DNA of 63,512 nucleotides, the filler included, from an uncultured Synergistales bacterium (GTDB lineage Bacteria; Synergistota; Synergistia; Synergistales; Aminobacteriaceae), in the NCBI GenBank assembly GCA_937897575.1. It is 5 parts of 5 records of this genome, joined end to end, with 100 filler letters (N's around TTAATTAATTAA, not from the genome) between each part and the next. Parts side by side here need not be neighbours in the genome. Positions count along the whole stretch, not along the records: positions 14,474 to 21,736 come from CALCQG010000079.1; positions 21,837 to 35,584 come from CALCQG010000080.1; 3 more parts are not named here. One strand, written 5' to 3'. Every line of letters begins with the position of its first letter. Position 1 is the stretch's first letter. The notes under the pieces were generated by a model that searched no databases, was not told the DNA's origin, and saw only the letters and a list, made by a program, of their open reading frames with translations. Positions 21,066 through 31,657 of the stretch are shown here, in pieces. The position numbers and the translations under genes were made by a program.

Positions 21066-21736
21066 CGTGCAGCACCTCCCAGAACATGTCGTTGTCCTTC
21101 AGCCATCGGAGCGCCCGCTCCAGGTCGCCGTCGGCCACGTTGATGATAAGAAAGCCCATCACGTCGTCCCGGTACCGTTCGATTCGTCCCCCCACTACGG
21201 AGAAGTTCATGTCGAGCTCCCTGGCCATTCGCGTAATGATGCTCTCGTTCGCTATCTCCCGGGGGAACATGAGGCGCACGTTCGTCCCCGAGGGGATGAC
21301 GGCGTACTCGTCCCGGATGAGCCTGCGAAGCCCCTCGCCGGGGGACAGGAAGAGGCGGTCCGTATCGCCCGACTCCACGATCCGGCCGTCGTCCAGAATG
21401 ACGACCCTGTTGCATATCATCTTCACCACCTCCATCTGGTGAGTCACGACGACCATGGTCACCCCGAGCCTCCGGTTGATGTCCATCAGGAGGTCGAGGA
21501 TGGAGATGGTGGTCTTCGGGTCCAGGGCCGAGGTGGCCTCGTCGCAGAGGAGCATCTTCGGCTTCAGAGCCAGGGCCCGGGCTATGCCGATGCGCTGCTT
21601 CTGACCCCCGCTCAGGGTGCCGATCCGATCGTCCCGTTTTTCCGTCAGCCCAACCAGCTCGAGGAGCTCGTCCACCCTGGCAGAGGCCTGGCGGCGCGGA
21701 ACGCCCCAGACCTCCAGGGGGAAGAGGATGTTCTCG
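21055..21736 (-). CDS. metN: Methionine ABC transporter ATPase (5' truncated by gap)
   Basis: [30 protein letters not shown]-terminal NIL-like domain. Confidence 0.92.
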
Positions 21737-21836
21737 NNNNNNNNNNNNNNNNNNNNNNNNNNNNNNNNNNNNNNNNNNNNTTAATTAATTAANNNNNNNN
21801 NNNNNNNNNNNNNNNNNNNNNNNNNNNNNNNNNNNN

Positions 21837-22296
21837 GGTCGATGCCGAGCCCCGAGGCGATGCCCGACAGGGCGATCCCGAAGGTCCCGACGGTGCCCCA
21901 GGACGTCCCCGTCACGAGGGACGCGGCGCAGCAGACGAGGAAGGACGAGACCAGAAAGGTCCCGGGCGTGAGGATCGAGAGGCCGAGGTGGATCACGTAG
22001 GGGATGGTGCCGGACAGAGTCCAGGTCGCGATGAGGGGGCCCACGCTCACGAGGATCGCCATGGCCCCCGAGGCGCGGGCGATCATGGAGAAGACGCCCC
22101 GGCCGAAGAGGTCCCTCAGGCCATAGCCGTAGACGAACGTGTAGACGACCGTCGTGTAGACGCCCCCCGCGGCGAGAAGCACGCCCACGTTGACGGGGAG
22201 AAGGGCGCCGCCCAAGGTCAGGATGGCCAGAACGCCGCCCAGGACGAAGAGCGCCCCTCCGAGGGAGATGTCCTTCGGCACCCGCTCCGCCGTCAC
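21837..22296 (-). CDS. nhaC: NhaC-family transporter, N-terminal part (truncated by gap)
   Basis: W.LSGTIP, S.VTGTSWGTVGT.G motifs. Confidence 0.8.
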
Positions 22297-22591
22297 GTGG
22301 CTAGCCGCCTCCGCCCCGCCCGGAAGAGGCCCGCGTCGCCGGAGGGGTACACCGTCTGAACGAAGCTCGCAGTGTCAGCCATTCGTCCGATCGCCGCCGC
22401 GGGGCGGGCGGCAAGACGGCGGGGCGCCGCGGAGCAGAGGGCGGGAACAGGGGTGCACCATGCAGTGGGCGCGATGACATCCACCTCCTTCAGGTGCTCC
22501 AACGGTACCACGCCCGGACGGGGAAGAAAAGGGCCCCTCCGCGCCGACGGGGCCTTTTGGGGCTATACTGATCCCGGCAGGGGGGACGACG

Positions 22592-23308
22592 ATGAAGCGA
22601 AACAGGGGAATCATAGCGACCGATGGGGCGGACATCCCCTTCACGGTGACCTACTCGCCGAGGAGGACCGTCCAGATCGCCGTGGCGGCCGACGGATCGG
22701 TCTCCGTCCGGGCGCCCTCTGGCGCGTCCTTCGCCGACGTGGAGGCCATAGTCCTCCGACGGACGGAGTGGATCGCCCGAAAGGTCGCGGCCTTTCGCGA
22801 ACGGGCTCTGGCCCACCCAGCCCCCGTCTACTGCGATGGAGAGCGGCACCTCTTCCTCGGGCAGGCGTACCCCTTGCGCTTCGAAGCCGCGAAACGGGGC
22901 GGCGTCCTCCTTCGGGACGGGACCTTCGTCGTCATGGGCGGCGGGCTGTCGCCCGACGATGTTCGCACCCTGCTGCGAAGATGGTACGCTGCTCAGGCTC
23001 CATGGGTCTTCCGGGAGAGCTTCGACCGCTGCTGGCCGTCCTTCGTCCCCTTCGGGAGGAGCGAGCCCGCGCTCCGGCACCGGTTCATGACAAGCCGCTG
23101 GGGCAGCTGGTCCGCCAGGGGCGCCATCACCATGAACACCCACCTCGTGCAGGTCGCACCGGCGCTGATCGACTCCGTCATGGCCCACGAGCTCTGCCAC
23201 ATGATCCACCCGAACCACGGACGGGCGTTCTACGACGTCCTCGGCGCGGTCCTCCCCGACTGGCGCGAGCATCGGCGACGCCTGAACGGCCTGCCGGTCA
23301 TCCGGTGA
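22592..23308 (+). CDS. YgjP/DUF45 zinc-dependent hydrolase (M48/SprT-like)
   Basis: VRAP, MTSRWGS, IDSVMAHELCH..HPNH...FY..L....PDW. Confidence 0.88.
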   Translation: MKRNRGIIATDGADIPFTVTYSPRRTVQIAVAADGSVSVRAPSGASFADVEAIVLRRTEWIARKVAAFRERALAHPAPVYCDGERHLFLGQAYPLRFEAAKRGGVLLRDGTFVVMGGGLSPDDVRTLLRRWYAAQAPWVFRESFDRCWPSFVPFGRSEPALRHRFMTSRWGSWSARGAITMNTHLVQVAPALIDSVMAHELCHMIHPNHGRAFYDVLGAVLPDWREHRRRLNGLPVIR

Positions 23309-23350
23309 CGAGCCCTCCGCCCGCGCGCGTTCCTCCCCTCCGCCGTCGGA

Positions 23351-24379
23351 TCAGAGCCACATCTTTTCGTCGAAGGCCTCCCTCTTGGGCGCCGATTGGC
23401 CGTCTCCATCGCCGAGCAGCCCGTTCGCCCGCAGAACACCCAGCAGGCGCTCCGCTCCGCCCTTTTCGAGGGAGTTCAGCCACACGGAGAAGAGCTTTCG
23501 CCCCCCGGGCCCCCGAACAGTAAGGTAGGGGACCGTGTTGACCCTGAAGGTGAGGAGGCTCCCGAGCATCTTCAGCAGCCCGGGGAGAAGGGAGACGAGC
23601 GACTTCGTCCCCTCGGGGAGGGGGAGCCCCTGGCGATCCTTCACCGTGACGGACGTGACGTCCTTCATTGGAGTGACGCCGCTCCCGCCGAGACGGCGCC
23701 ATCGCAGCGCCCCCTCCTCCGGGACGACCTCGAAGGAGGCGTACCCCGCCGAGAGGAGGAAGAAGAAGAACAGAAAAAAGCCGGGGATCAGAAACGGCAG
23801 GGTCGTTCCGAGGTTGCTCCGCGCGAAGGGGGACTCGGGCCCGCTGAGAGCGGCGACGAGGACGGGGGGAAAGTAGAAACCCACGAGGGTGTAGTAGATG
23901 ATGAGATCGGGCACAAGCATACAGGACGTGCGGTCGTACCGGATGCCGCGGGGGTCCTTTCGTTTCGCCGGAAGGAAGAAGTACGTCCCTCCGGCGAGCA
24001 GGACGGGGATCCAGCTCCACCGCCGCAGAGGCATGGAGATCGTCGAGGGAAGGCCCCGTGAGGCGTTCCACGACAGCGGCGTCACTGAAAAGGAGCTCCT
24101 TCCGTCCTTCGCAGCGGCCCAGTGCACCGTGCCGGGGGTCCGGCCGTCCGCCGGAAGAGAAAGGTCCTCGAGACGGGCATAGCGCACGCCGTCATGCTCC
24201 GGCAGCGTCGGATAGAGCCTCTCGACCGCGCCGGCGGCCTCAGGGGCGAGGAGGGGCGCCTCCGCCGGAGAGCTCTCTCTCCGCTCCACAGCGGCGAAGG
24301 GGCCGGGGGACGCCAAGAAGGCCGAGATGCCCGCATACAGGAGAATAAGGGTCACGGTGCGGCGGAGAAATTCCCACAT
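23351..24379 (-). CDS. Hypothetical membrane protein
   Basis: 343-codon ORF with about four hydrophobic segments; no family recognised. Confidence 0.65.
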   Translation of the reverse strand: MWEFLRRTVTLILLYAGISAFLASPGPFAAVERRESSPAEAPLLAPEAAGAVERLYPTLPEHDGVRYARLEDLSLPADGRTPGTVHWAAAKDGRSSFSVTPLSWNASRGLPSTISMPLRRWSWIPVLLAGGTYFFLPAKRKDPRGIRYDRTSCMLVPDLIIYYTLVGFYFPPVLVAALSGPESPFARSNLGTTLPFLIPGFFLFFFFLLSAGYASFEVVPEEGALRWRRLGGSGVTPMKDVTSVTVKDRQGLPLPEGTKSLVSLLPGLLKMLGSLLTFRVNTVPYLTVRGPGGRKLFSVWLNSLEKGGAERLLGVLRANGLLGDGDGQSAPKREAFDEKMWL

Positions 24380-24490
24380 GATATCGTCCCCCGAAAGGAC
24401 AGGTCGTGTTGCTCGAACGAGTGTATTATACTCTGTGCATATCGACATGTATCGCTCCGGCCATCACGCAAAACGAAGGGGGTTCGTTCG

Positions 24491-25432
24491 ATGAGACGAG
24501 GTATTCTGTACGGCGCGCTGTTCGCGCTGCTTTTCGCCTGCGGTGGGGCGTCCGCCGCCGCGGAGGACGTGGAGCATCTCAGGCCGATCGTCTTCCAGAG
24601 GGACGACGGCATCTGCCTCGGCGACACGCTGGGCTGGGAGCCGAAGACCGTGGCGAGTGGGTACGACGCCGAGATCTCCCCCGACGGGGCCTCCGTAGCC
24701 TTCACCGCCTCGGACGACAAGGGGGACGGGCGGTACATCGCCGTTCTGGACATCCCGTCGGGGAGCGTGACCCGTCTCACCTCCGTGCCGGGAGACAACA
24801 GCTACGGCCCCCGGTGGTCCCCCGACGGAGAGGTCCTGCTCTTCAACCACTGGGACGAAAAACAGGACGACTGGCGCTTCGCCGTGGTGTCGAAGAACGG
24901 CAAGGGCTTCCGCGTCCTCGCGCCGAAGCTGTACGGCATCTACTCCCCCTTCTGGTCCGCTGACGGGACCTCGGTCTACGGCCACGACCTCGAGACCCTC
25001 TACCGTATCGCCGCGGACACAGGCAAGGTCATGGAGCGTAAAAAGCTGACCGATGTCCTGGGCAGCGAGGCCGACCCCTCCAGCGCCGTCCACTTCTCCG
25101 TCTCTTCCGACGGAACGCAGTGGCTCTTCGACGCCACGGTAGCGAACAGGACAACCTGGCTTCAGACGGAGGACGGCTCCTTCGGCGCCCTCTTCCTCTA
25201 CCGCCCTGGCGACGGGACCGTCCGGCGCCTCACCGACGACACCGTCTCGGCCAGCCACCCGTCGTGGCTGCCTGAGAGGGGCGGATATCTCTTCGCCGGG
25301 ATCATGGAAGAGCGGAGCAAGAACATCGCCCCGGGGATGCAGACCTCCTTCATCATCCAGCGATCCCTGGAGGACGACGGACAGAGCGTCCTCTTCGAAA
25401 ACGGCTCCTGGCCCTCCGCCGCCGTGCGGTAG
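24491..25432 (+). CDS. Secreted TolB-like/PD40 beta-propeller protein
   Basis: Signal peptide; repeats ISPDG, PRWSPDG, PFWSADG, HPSW. Confidence 0.8.
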   Translation: MRRGILYGALFALLFACGGASAAAEDVEHLRPIVFQRDDGICLGDTLGWEPKTVASGYDAEISPDGASVAFTASDDKGDGRYIAVLDIPSGSVTRLTSVPGDNSYGPRWSPDGEVLLFNHWDEKQDDWRFAVVSKNGKGFRVLAPKLYGIYSPFWSADGTSVYGHDLETLYRIAADTGKVMERKKLTDVLGSEADPSSAVHFSVSSDGTQWLFDATVANRTTWLQTEDGSFGALFLYRPGDGTVRRLTDDTVSASHPSWLPERGGYLFAGIMEERSKNIAPGMQTSFIIQRSLEDDGQSVLFENGSWPSAAVR

Positions 25433-25445
25433 AATCGGAAAGACA

Positions 25446-25476
25446 AAGAGCCCCGCTCATTGTGAGCGGGGCTCTT
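25446..25476. terminator. Intrinsic terminator
   Basis: AAGAGCCCCGCTCA-ttg-TGAGCGGGGCTCTT. Confidence 0.8.
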
Positions 25477-25561
25477 CGCATCCTCCACATCAGATCATCT
25501 ACGCGAGGGGACTAAAACCTGCAATTCCGAGACGGAGAGCTGCCGGTTCCCGAGAGTTTGA

Positions 25562-25652
25562 TCAAGACTTTCGCCCGTGCTCGAACCCCTGTTCGAAGGT
25601 CCCCTTCACCAGGACCTTGCCGCTCTCCATGAGGGACCGCCCCTTGGCGACC
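25562..25652 (-). pseudogene. Displaced 3' end of iadA (distal att-like copy)
   Basis: Reads VAKGRSLMESGKVLVKGTFEQGFEHGRKS*; 25592-25652 matches 31676-31736 at 57/61 nt. Confidence 0.88.
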
Positions 25653-26036
25653 TATGCAAACAATATATTGTACGTTCTCGAACGACCATGAGAAAAAACG
25701 AAGTTCTGTCGAAGAGCCTCGATAAAACCAGTTGCAACTCGCTTCATGACGGAAGGCAGCGAGAGTTCGACAAAAAGAAACCTCCCGCTGCCTTCCGTGT
25801 TCGAAGCCTCTCCTCGAGGGAAAATCCGAAATACCGCTTTTAAGAAATCGTTGATTTTGTATTGCACAGCATGTATCGAAGCAATTTATTTGAGCTTGCT
25901 GATATCTGACCCCGTGAGCTTGAAGACCGTTCCGACGAAGGCGACAACCCTTAGGGGAACGGACTGGAGAATTTACGAGGCATCAAAATACAACGCCAGT
26001 CTCAACGAGTACAAAGCAGCCGGTGCTTTGTAACAA

Positions 26037-26080
26037 AAATATCAAGAGACTCCCCGATTGAAGGGAGTCTCTTGATATTT
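26037..26080. terminator. Strong, probably bidirectional terminator
   Basis: AAATATCAAGAGACTCCC-8 nt-GGGAGTCTCTTGATATTT perfect 18-bp stem. Confidence 0.85.
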
Positions 26081-26102
26081 GACTGCCATCAAGTCGAATT
26101 TA

Positions 26103-26750
26103 TCATACTTTTGTTTGAAGGCTGTGGTACTTGAACTCTTTTCTCGCGTCCGCAAGACGCATTCCTTTCTCGACGGCGGAACGTATTTTTTCCTCTGCAG
26201 CCTCTATTTCTAGAGCAGTAGCTAAAACTTTTTCTTCGAACTCCTGAGGAATGACCACAACTCCGTCAGCATCCCCCACAACGATATCGTTCGGTCGCAC
26301 TCTTACCGTGGCAAGATTCACATGGCAGCCTATCCCGTCGACCTGTACTCGGTCCTTTCCGGTGCGCATGTAACGCCCCACGCTGAATATAGGATAATTC
26401 AACTCAAGGCTCCGATTGGTGTCCCGGCACACTCCATCAATTACCGTACCTGCGATACCCCGCCTTTTTGCCACGCTCGTAAGAATGTCTCCCCAAACTG
26501 TGCAGTCGACTCGACCTTGGTTATCAAGTATCACGACCCCTCCCTCCGGTACATCGTCGATGAAATCTCCAACGGTACCTTTGACAATATCCACAGGGCC
26601 GTATTTGACGGTAAAAGCTCGTCCCGTAATTTTCCATGCCGGATTGAATGATCTTATCCCCAGGCACTGTCCGGTCAGGCCATTTCTATCCAAGGCATCC
26701 GATATAGTGGATGTATCAATCTTGTGAAACTGCTCTACGATCCTTTCCAT
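26103..26750 (-). CDS. RraA/HMG-aldolase family protein
   Basis: TISDALD, GRAFTV, VWGDIL, VIDGVCRD, VVGDADGVVVIP. Confidence 0.9.
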   Translation of the reverse strand: MERIVEQFHKIDTSTISDALDRNGLTGQCLGIRSFNPAWKITGRAFTVKYGPVDIVKGTVGDFIDDVPEGGVVILDNQGRVDCTVWGDILTSVAKRRGIAGTVIDGVCRDTNRSLELNYPIFSVGRYMRTGKDRVQVDGIGCHVNLATVRVRPNDIVVGDADGVVVIPQEFEEKVLATALEIEAAEEKIRSAVEKGMRLADARKEFKYHSLQTKV

Positions 26751-26865
26751 AATTCAGCGCTCCTTTTCTGGTTTTAATTCCGTCGATTTCGCACCCGTTT
26801 TAGCGAGGAGATTGCTATCAAGACTTAATATTCGGATATTTCCAATCGTTATCTTCCTACCGACA

Positions 26866-28140
26866 TCATTTCATCATGTTAGGCAGGTACAGAATGATCC
26901 CTGGGAAAAAATTCAACGCCACAACAACGATTATCATCGCAATAACCAACGGCATGACTTCCTTCACTAACTGTTCAAGTTTGATATTGCCGATGTCGCA
27001 GGCTATGAAAAGGCACATTCCCACAGGGGGTGTATTATGTCCTATGGCCAGAGAGATCACCATGATGATGCCGAAGAACAGCGGATCTATCCCAAGGCTC
27101 GTAATGATAGGGTAGAAGATAGGCGCCATGAGTACCATTGCAGCGGTATTGTTAAGAAATGTCCCTATGATGAGCAGAATCAGCACCATGATGAGTTGAA
27201 CTACTATGGCGTTTTGCGATATCCCAAGGATGGAGTTCGCGATGTTCTGGGGAATCTGCTCACTCACAAGGACGAAGGTGAGTACCTCGGCGGTGATCAT
27301 GAGGTACATGACGATGGCCGTGGATTTCGCGGATTTCAGGATGAGCTTGGGGAGATCTTTAAACGTAAGTTCGCGATGGACAAAAAGCCCGACCATCAAA
27401 CCATAGACGACGGCAACCGCAGCGGATTCCGTGGGCGTGAAAACACCTGCGTAGATTCCTCCCAGAATAAGCACCGGCATAAAGATAGCAAACACTGCTT
27501 CCTTGCAGTATTTTCCGATCATTTTCAGAGAGGCCTCTTCGTCACCCCGATATCCCCGCTTCACTGAAATAAAATATTCCACAATCATGAGGGCAATGCA
27601 GATAATGATGCCAGGAATGATACCGCCTAAGAAAAGTCCTCCGATAGAGACCCCCGTTGATACCCCATACAGAACCATAGTGATGCTAGGTGGGATGATG
27701 AGTCCGATTGTCCCTGAAGCGGCAACAACTGCCCCAGCGAAATTTTTATCGTAACCTTTTTCAACCATGGGTTTTAACATAACCCCACCTATAGCTGCAG
27801 TCGTGGCAGGGGCTGAACCTGAGAGAGCTCCGAAAAATGTTGAAGCCACAGTCGCTACCAGAGCAAGCCCCCCGTTCATTCTGCCAAAAAAAGCGCCCGC
27901 GAGGTTCACAAGTCTTCGGGATACGCCCCCTTCGCTCATGATGTTTCCTGCAAGTATAAAGAAAGGGACGGCCATGAGAGCAAAGGAATTACCGGCGTTA
28001 AACATGTTCTGCACCAGAGCTCCGATGTCAATAGTGCCGGTTAGGACCACTGCAAACATGCATGAAAGGCCGAGAGCAACTATTATCGGCACACCGAGAA
28101 TAAGAAATCCGATGAAAAAAATCGTCAGCAGGATGCTCAT
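26866..28140 (-). CDS. dctM: TRAP transporter large permease
   Basis: LMAVPFFILAG, FGALSGSA.A, IIPPSI, GVFTPTESA, TPPVG. Confidence 0.95.
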   Translation of the reverse strand: MSILLTIFFIGFLILGVPIIVALGLSCMFAVVLTGTIDIGALVQNMFNAGNSFALMAVPFFILAGNIMSEGGVSRRLVNLAGAFFGRMNGGLALVATVASTFFGALSGSAPATTAAIGGVMLKPMVEKGYDKNFAGAVVAASGTIGLIIPPSITMVLYGVSTGVSIGGLFLGGIIPGIIICIALMIVEYFISVKRGYRGDEEASLKMIGKYCKEAVFAIFMPVLILGGIYAGVFTPTESAAVAVVYGLMVGLFVHRELTFKDLPKLILKSAKSTAIVMYLMITAEVLTFVLVSEQIPQNIANSILGISQNAIVVQLIMVLILLIIGTFLNNTAAMVLMAPIFYPIITSLGIDPLFFGIIMVISLAIGHNTPPVGMCLFIACDIGNIKLEQLVKEVMPLVIAMIIVVVALNFFPGIILYLPNMMK

Positions 28141-28640
28141 TGTTTGATCTCCTTAAGCTGAGCAACAGACTTGAGAATGACTTCAAGAAGCATGAAGAGA
28201 GAGAGAAAGCTTGCCACCGGCACTATCATGAAGATATATCCCATCTTCAGCCATTCCATGGAAGGGGAGACCACTTCAAAATCAATGATCTGAAGGGCCA
28301 TTGGGTACGAATAATAAACCACGAGCACCAGAAACAGGAAAGAAAAGAGATGGGCGGTGATGACGGCAATCTGCCTTAGAAAACGATTCTTTATAGCGTC
28401 GACAAACAATGACATGTTAATATGCCTCGATTCACGATACAGAAGTACTGCTCCGAAAAAGAACACTCCGGAAAATAGGTACCCGGCTAGTTCCTCAGAC
28501 CAGGAAAGGGGTTTTTGAAGAACGTACCGGAAAAACACCTGCATAACGACGAAAACAACCATTCCCGTCATCAAGAGAGTTATAAGTACCTCGAGCATCC
28601 TGCTCATCTTATCGTTGACATAGGTCAGCATCTTGAGCAT
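28137..28640 (-). CDS. dctQ: TRAP transporter small permease
   Basis: QVFFRYV...LSWSEELA, HI; 4 TM. Confidence 0.9.
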   Translation of the reverse strand: MLKMLTYVNDKMSRMLEVLITLLMTGMVVFVVMQVFFRYVLQKPLSWSEELAGYLFSGVFFFGAVLLYRESRHINMSLFVDAIKNRFLRQIAVITAHLFSFLFLVLVVYYSYPMALQIIDFEVVSPSMEWLKMGYIFMIVPVASFLSLFMLLEVILKSVAQLKEIKQ

Positions 28641-28747
28641 AAGGTGATAAACCTCCATTTGACAAGGTTCAGATAACATTCAGGCGATCCGGGAATTTCT
28701 TGCGCTGAAAGGAGACCCCGGATCGCCGAACGCTTCTGAGGAAACCT

Positions 28748-29728
28748 TTACTTTCTTCCAGTTGCTGTAAGAATTTTATCCAGCATGTCACCGTACTTGG
28801 AGTTGTATTTTTCATATACAGAGGCCACTGCCTGCCTGAAAGGTTCTTTGTCAGGTCTGGTAAAGACGACACCCTGCGCCTCACACTGTTTTATTTCCTC
28901 GGCATCAAGGCTCTTCTGATTATCATAGGAAAATCTGCTCACCTTCTTCGCCTGCTCGATGAAGATGGCCTGATCTGCAGGAGGAATGGAATTCCAGAGC
29001 TTTTTGGACATGATGAGCACACCTGGCATGTACATGTACCCGACAAGTGCGGATGTCTTGGTCAACTCATAGTACTTTTGGGTGATCATATGAGTGAGGG
29101 TTCCCTCACAACCGTCTATTGTCCCAAGCTGCCATGCGGAATAGACATCGTTGAATCCCATAGGGACTGCGCTCGCACCCATTGCATTGATCGTGTCGAT
29201 CATCTCTGCAGAGTTCACAACCCGGAGCTTCATGCCCTTCAGATCATCGGGGTGGTTGACCGGTCGAGGAGGGAAAAGATGACGAAATCCGCTCTCAAAC
29301 CAGCCGATAACAATAAGATTCCTGGAGGCAAGGCTGTCCGCGAATTCATTTCCGACAGCTCCATGCAGGACCGCGTAGGCTTCCTCGGAGTCGTTGAAGA
29401 GGAAGGGAAGGTTGAGTACACCTATCTTAGGACTGTAAGACGTTAGGAGCGACCCGGTGGCCATGACCATATCCCTGGTTCCGAGTTGGCATCCTTCGAT
29501 AAGTTGGTTTTGCTTACCATACAGGTCTGAATGGTATACCTCAAGTTGGTAGCGGTTATCTGTTGCTTCGGCGATCTGCTTGCCCCACATTTCAAGGTAG
29601 ATTTGGTACGGGAACTGAGCGTTTCCGCTGTGCCCGACCTTAATCACCTTGGGAGCGGCAAAAGCAGACGCTGCGGAAAGGAGAACGCAAAGTGCAATAG
29701 CGAAACCTAACAATTTTTTGTTTATCAC
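28748..29728 (-). CDS. dctP: TRAP transporter substrate-binding protein
   Basis: Signal peptide, LPFLF, GFRH, DLKGMKLRV, DVYSA.Q.GTIDG.E. Confidence 0.93.
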   Translation of the reverse strand: MINKKLLGFAIALCVLLSAASAFAAPKVIKVGHSGNAQFPYQIYLEMWGKQIAEATDNRYQLEVYHSDLYGKQNQLIEGCQLGTRDMVMATGSLLTSYSPKIGVLNLPFLFNDSEEAYAVLHGAVGNEFADSLASRNLIVIGWFESGFRHLFPPRPVNHPDDLKGMKLRVVNSAEMIDTINAMGASAVPMGFNDVYSAWQLGTIDGCEGTLTHMITQKYYELTKTSALVGYMYMPGVLIMSKKLWNSIPPADQAIFIEQAKKVSRFSYDNQKSLDAEEIKQCEAQGVVFTRPDKEPFRQAVASVYEKYNSKYGDMLDKILTATGRK

Positions 29729-29811
29729 AGGTATTTCCTCCTTTTTCTCCGGAAGTTTTTATTTCCTGTGCACGGGATAGCACATTAGACCTCTTTCAAC
29801 CACAACCGAGC

Positions 29812-30510
29812 TTACTTCATGGTATCGACCCTGTTCACAATCATGCCGAGGGTTTCAGGTGCTCCATCGAGCTTCAGCAGGCTGTACAATTGTTCCCCCC
29901 TTCCCATTCGCTCCCTCAGCTCCTTTTCCTTTTGCACAACACCAAGACTTTTCTCCAGTATCTCTTTCGCTTGCGCTGAAGGAACGACCACAACACCGTC
30001 GGCGTCTCCCACTACAAGATCCCCGGGAAGTACGGGCACTCCTCCACACGAAATGGGAATGTTGACAGACCCAGGAGATGCTTTGAATCCACCCTGAGGC
30101 GATATTGCACGAGCGAAAACCGGGAAATCGGAAGCGGCAAGCTCCTGACAGTCGCGCACTCCCCCATCCAATATGATGCCTCCTAATTTTTTTTGACGGG
30201 CCATCTGGTTCATTAGCCCTCCCCACAATCCCGTGTCGCATATCCCACCGGCGTCTATAACCAAGACGTCCCCCGGACGCGCCATATTGAGCGCCACATG
30301 GATGGCCAAGTTATCGGCACGGTAGGTCTGGACCGTCAGCGCAGGACCACAGATCCTCATGTCGTGATTCATCGGCTTGATCATCCAGGACATGCACCCG
30401 AACCGGCCGCGGGCGTCACCAATGTTCGCGACGGGAATGTTCCTGTACCCGTCAATAATTTCTTGTGGCATCAAATCACAGCATGGGTTTACAATGAACA
30501 AGCGAGTCAC
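29812..30510 (-). CDS. RraA/HMG-aldolase family protein (second copy)
   Basis: ANIGDA, GPALTV, DNLAIH, PGDVLVID, WGGLM, DGGVRD, VGDADGVVVVP. Confidence 0.9.
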   Translation of the reverse strand: MTRLFIVNPCCDLMPQEIIDGYRNIPVANIGDARGRFGCMSWMIKPMNHDMRICGPALTVQTYRADNLAIHVALNMARPGDVLVIDAGGICDTGLWGGLMNQMARQKKLGGIILDGGVRDCQELAASDFPVFARAISPQGGFKASPGSVNIPISCGGVPVLPGDLVVGDADGVVVVPSAQAKEILEKSLGVVQKEKELRERMGRGEQLYSLLKLDGAPETLGMIVNRVDTMK

Positions 30511-30669
30511 CTCTGTGTCGCAAACAAAAAATATTGTTTGAGTTTTCGAGCGTATGCGATCTCATTTTTGTACTATACTGCAAAATATTTATATCGTAAA
30601 ACAAAGAATTCCGTTATATAATATTTGTAATTTCGATATTATGGAGTTCTTTTTCGAGAGGAACACAGC

Positions 30670-31545
30670 ATGCGGCCTATGGGGACAGACACGTTTCTTG
30701 CCATTATCGAAAATGGGAGTCTAAGCAGGGCAGCGGAGCAGCTGAAAATCACCCAGTCTACAGTAAGCCTCAGGCTTAAAAACCTTGAGGAAGAACTGGG
30801 CTGCACACTCATCGACCGGCGTCGTGGCGAACGTACCATAGAACTGACGCCGGCAGGAAAGATATATCTCCGCTTTGCGGAACAGATTCGTGACATTTCT
30901 CAGGATATGAACGCGGACGAACACAGCGGAGGGTCACTGAAAATCGGGGGAGTGGACAGCGCCAATGTGTTCCTTCTTCCTCCCGTCGTTCGATCGTTAA
31001 CAACCCATACTCCGTCTGTAAAAGTCATACTTGGTACTCATCAAAGCTGGCAGATCCAGGACCTGATAGAACGGAGACAGTTGGATGCAGGGTTTGCCAT
31101 CACGGTCCAGCGTTCACCAAATATCGTCGTCCAGCCCTTGATTCGCGAGGAATATTTTCTGATGCGTCTTCATAGGAAGGGAGAGCGAAGTGACAGCGTG
31201 ATCGACGCCAAAACACTCGACTCTCTCGAAGAACTGCACATCAATTGGGGCAGCGATTATATGCTGTGGCATGATCAGATCTGGAATCCCCTTGAAACAC
31301 GGTACATTCAGTTGGATACCATTGCCTGTATAACGCGCATGCTTTTTTCACCGAAACAATGGGCAATCGTGACCGCCTCAGTCAAAGAGTTTTTCGGTGA
31401 AGAATACCTGTTCCAACGTCTTGATCCCCCGCCACCCCCACGACCAATGTACTTCCTGACGCACCGTCACCCTCGCCTGAGCGCGGTAAAAGGGTTGAGA
31501 ATTCTCGGTGAAATCATTACCGATTTTTTCCCAGAAGAGGACTGA
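30670..31545 (+). CDS. LysR-family transcriptional regulator
   Basis: GSLSRAAEQLKITQSTVS.RLKNLEEELG..L..R, LTPAG; divergent from the catabolic operon. Confidence 0.93.
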   Translation: MRPMGTDTFLAIIENGSLSRAAEQLKITQSTVSLRLKNLEEELGCTLIDRRRGERTIELTPAGKIYLRFAEQIRDISQDMNADEHSGGSLKIGGVDSANVFLLPPVVRSLTTHTPSVKVILGTHQSWQIQDLIERRQLDAGFAITVQRSPNIVVQPLIREEYFLMRLHRKGERSDSVIDAKTLDSLEELHINWGSDYMLWHDQIWNPLETRYIQLDTIACITRMLFSPKQWAIVTASVKEFFGEEYLFQRLDPPPPPRPMYFLTHRHPRLSAVKGLRILGEIITDFFPEED

Positions 31546-31657
31546 TTTGAAAACATCGGACACGCTGGTGTTGCACATCTAAGGCACCCCAGGAATCTCT
31601 GTCGAAGCATCGTACAATCGACAGAAAAAAATGGCGTCTCTTCGCCAGCGTTGACTT

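Noticed and set aside
22297..22590. Possible riboswitch or T-box upstream of the nhaC-like gene
   Set aside because: GC-rich, but I could not find SAM, lysine or T-box consensus elements by eye; an Rfam scan would settle it
22592..23308. YgjP/DUF45 gene as marker of a defence locus
   Set aside because: No restriction-modification or other defence genes nearby
25652..26033. Short ORFs at the iadA-island end as a possible recombinase remnant
   Set aside because: No tyrosine- or serine-recombinase motif recognisable
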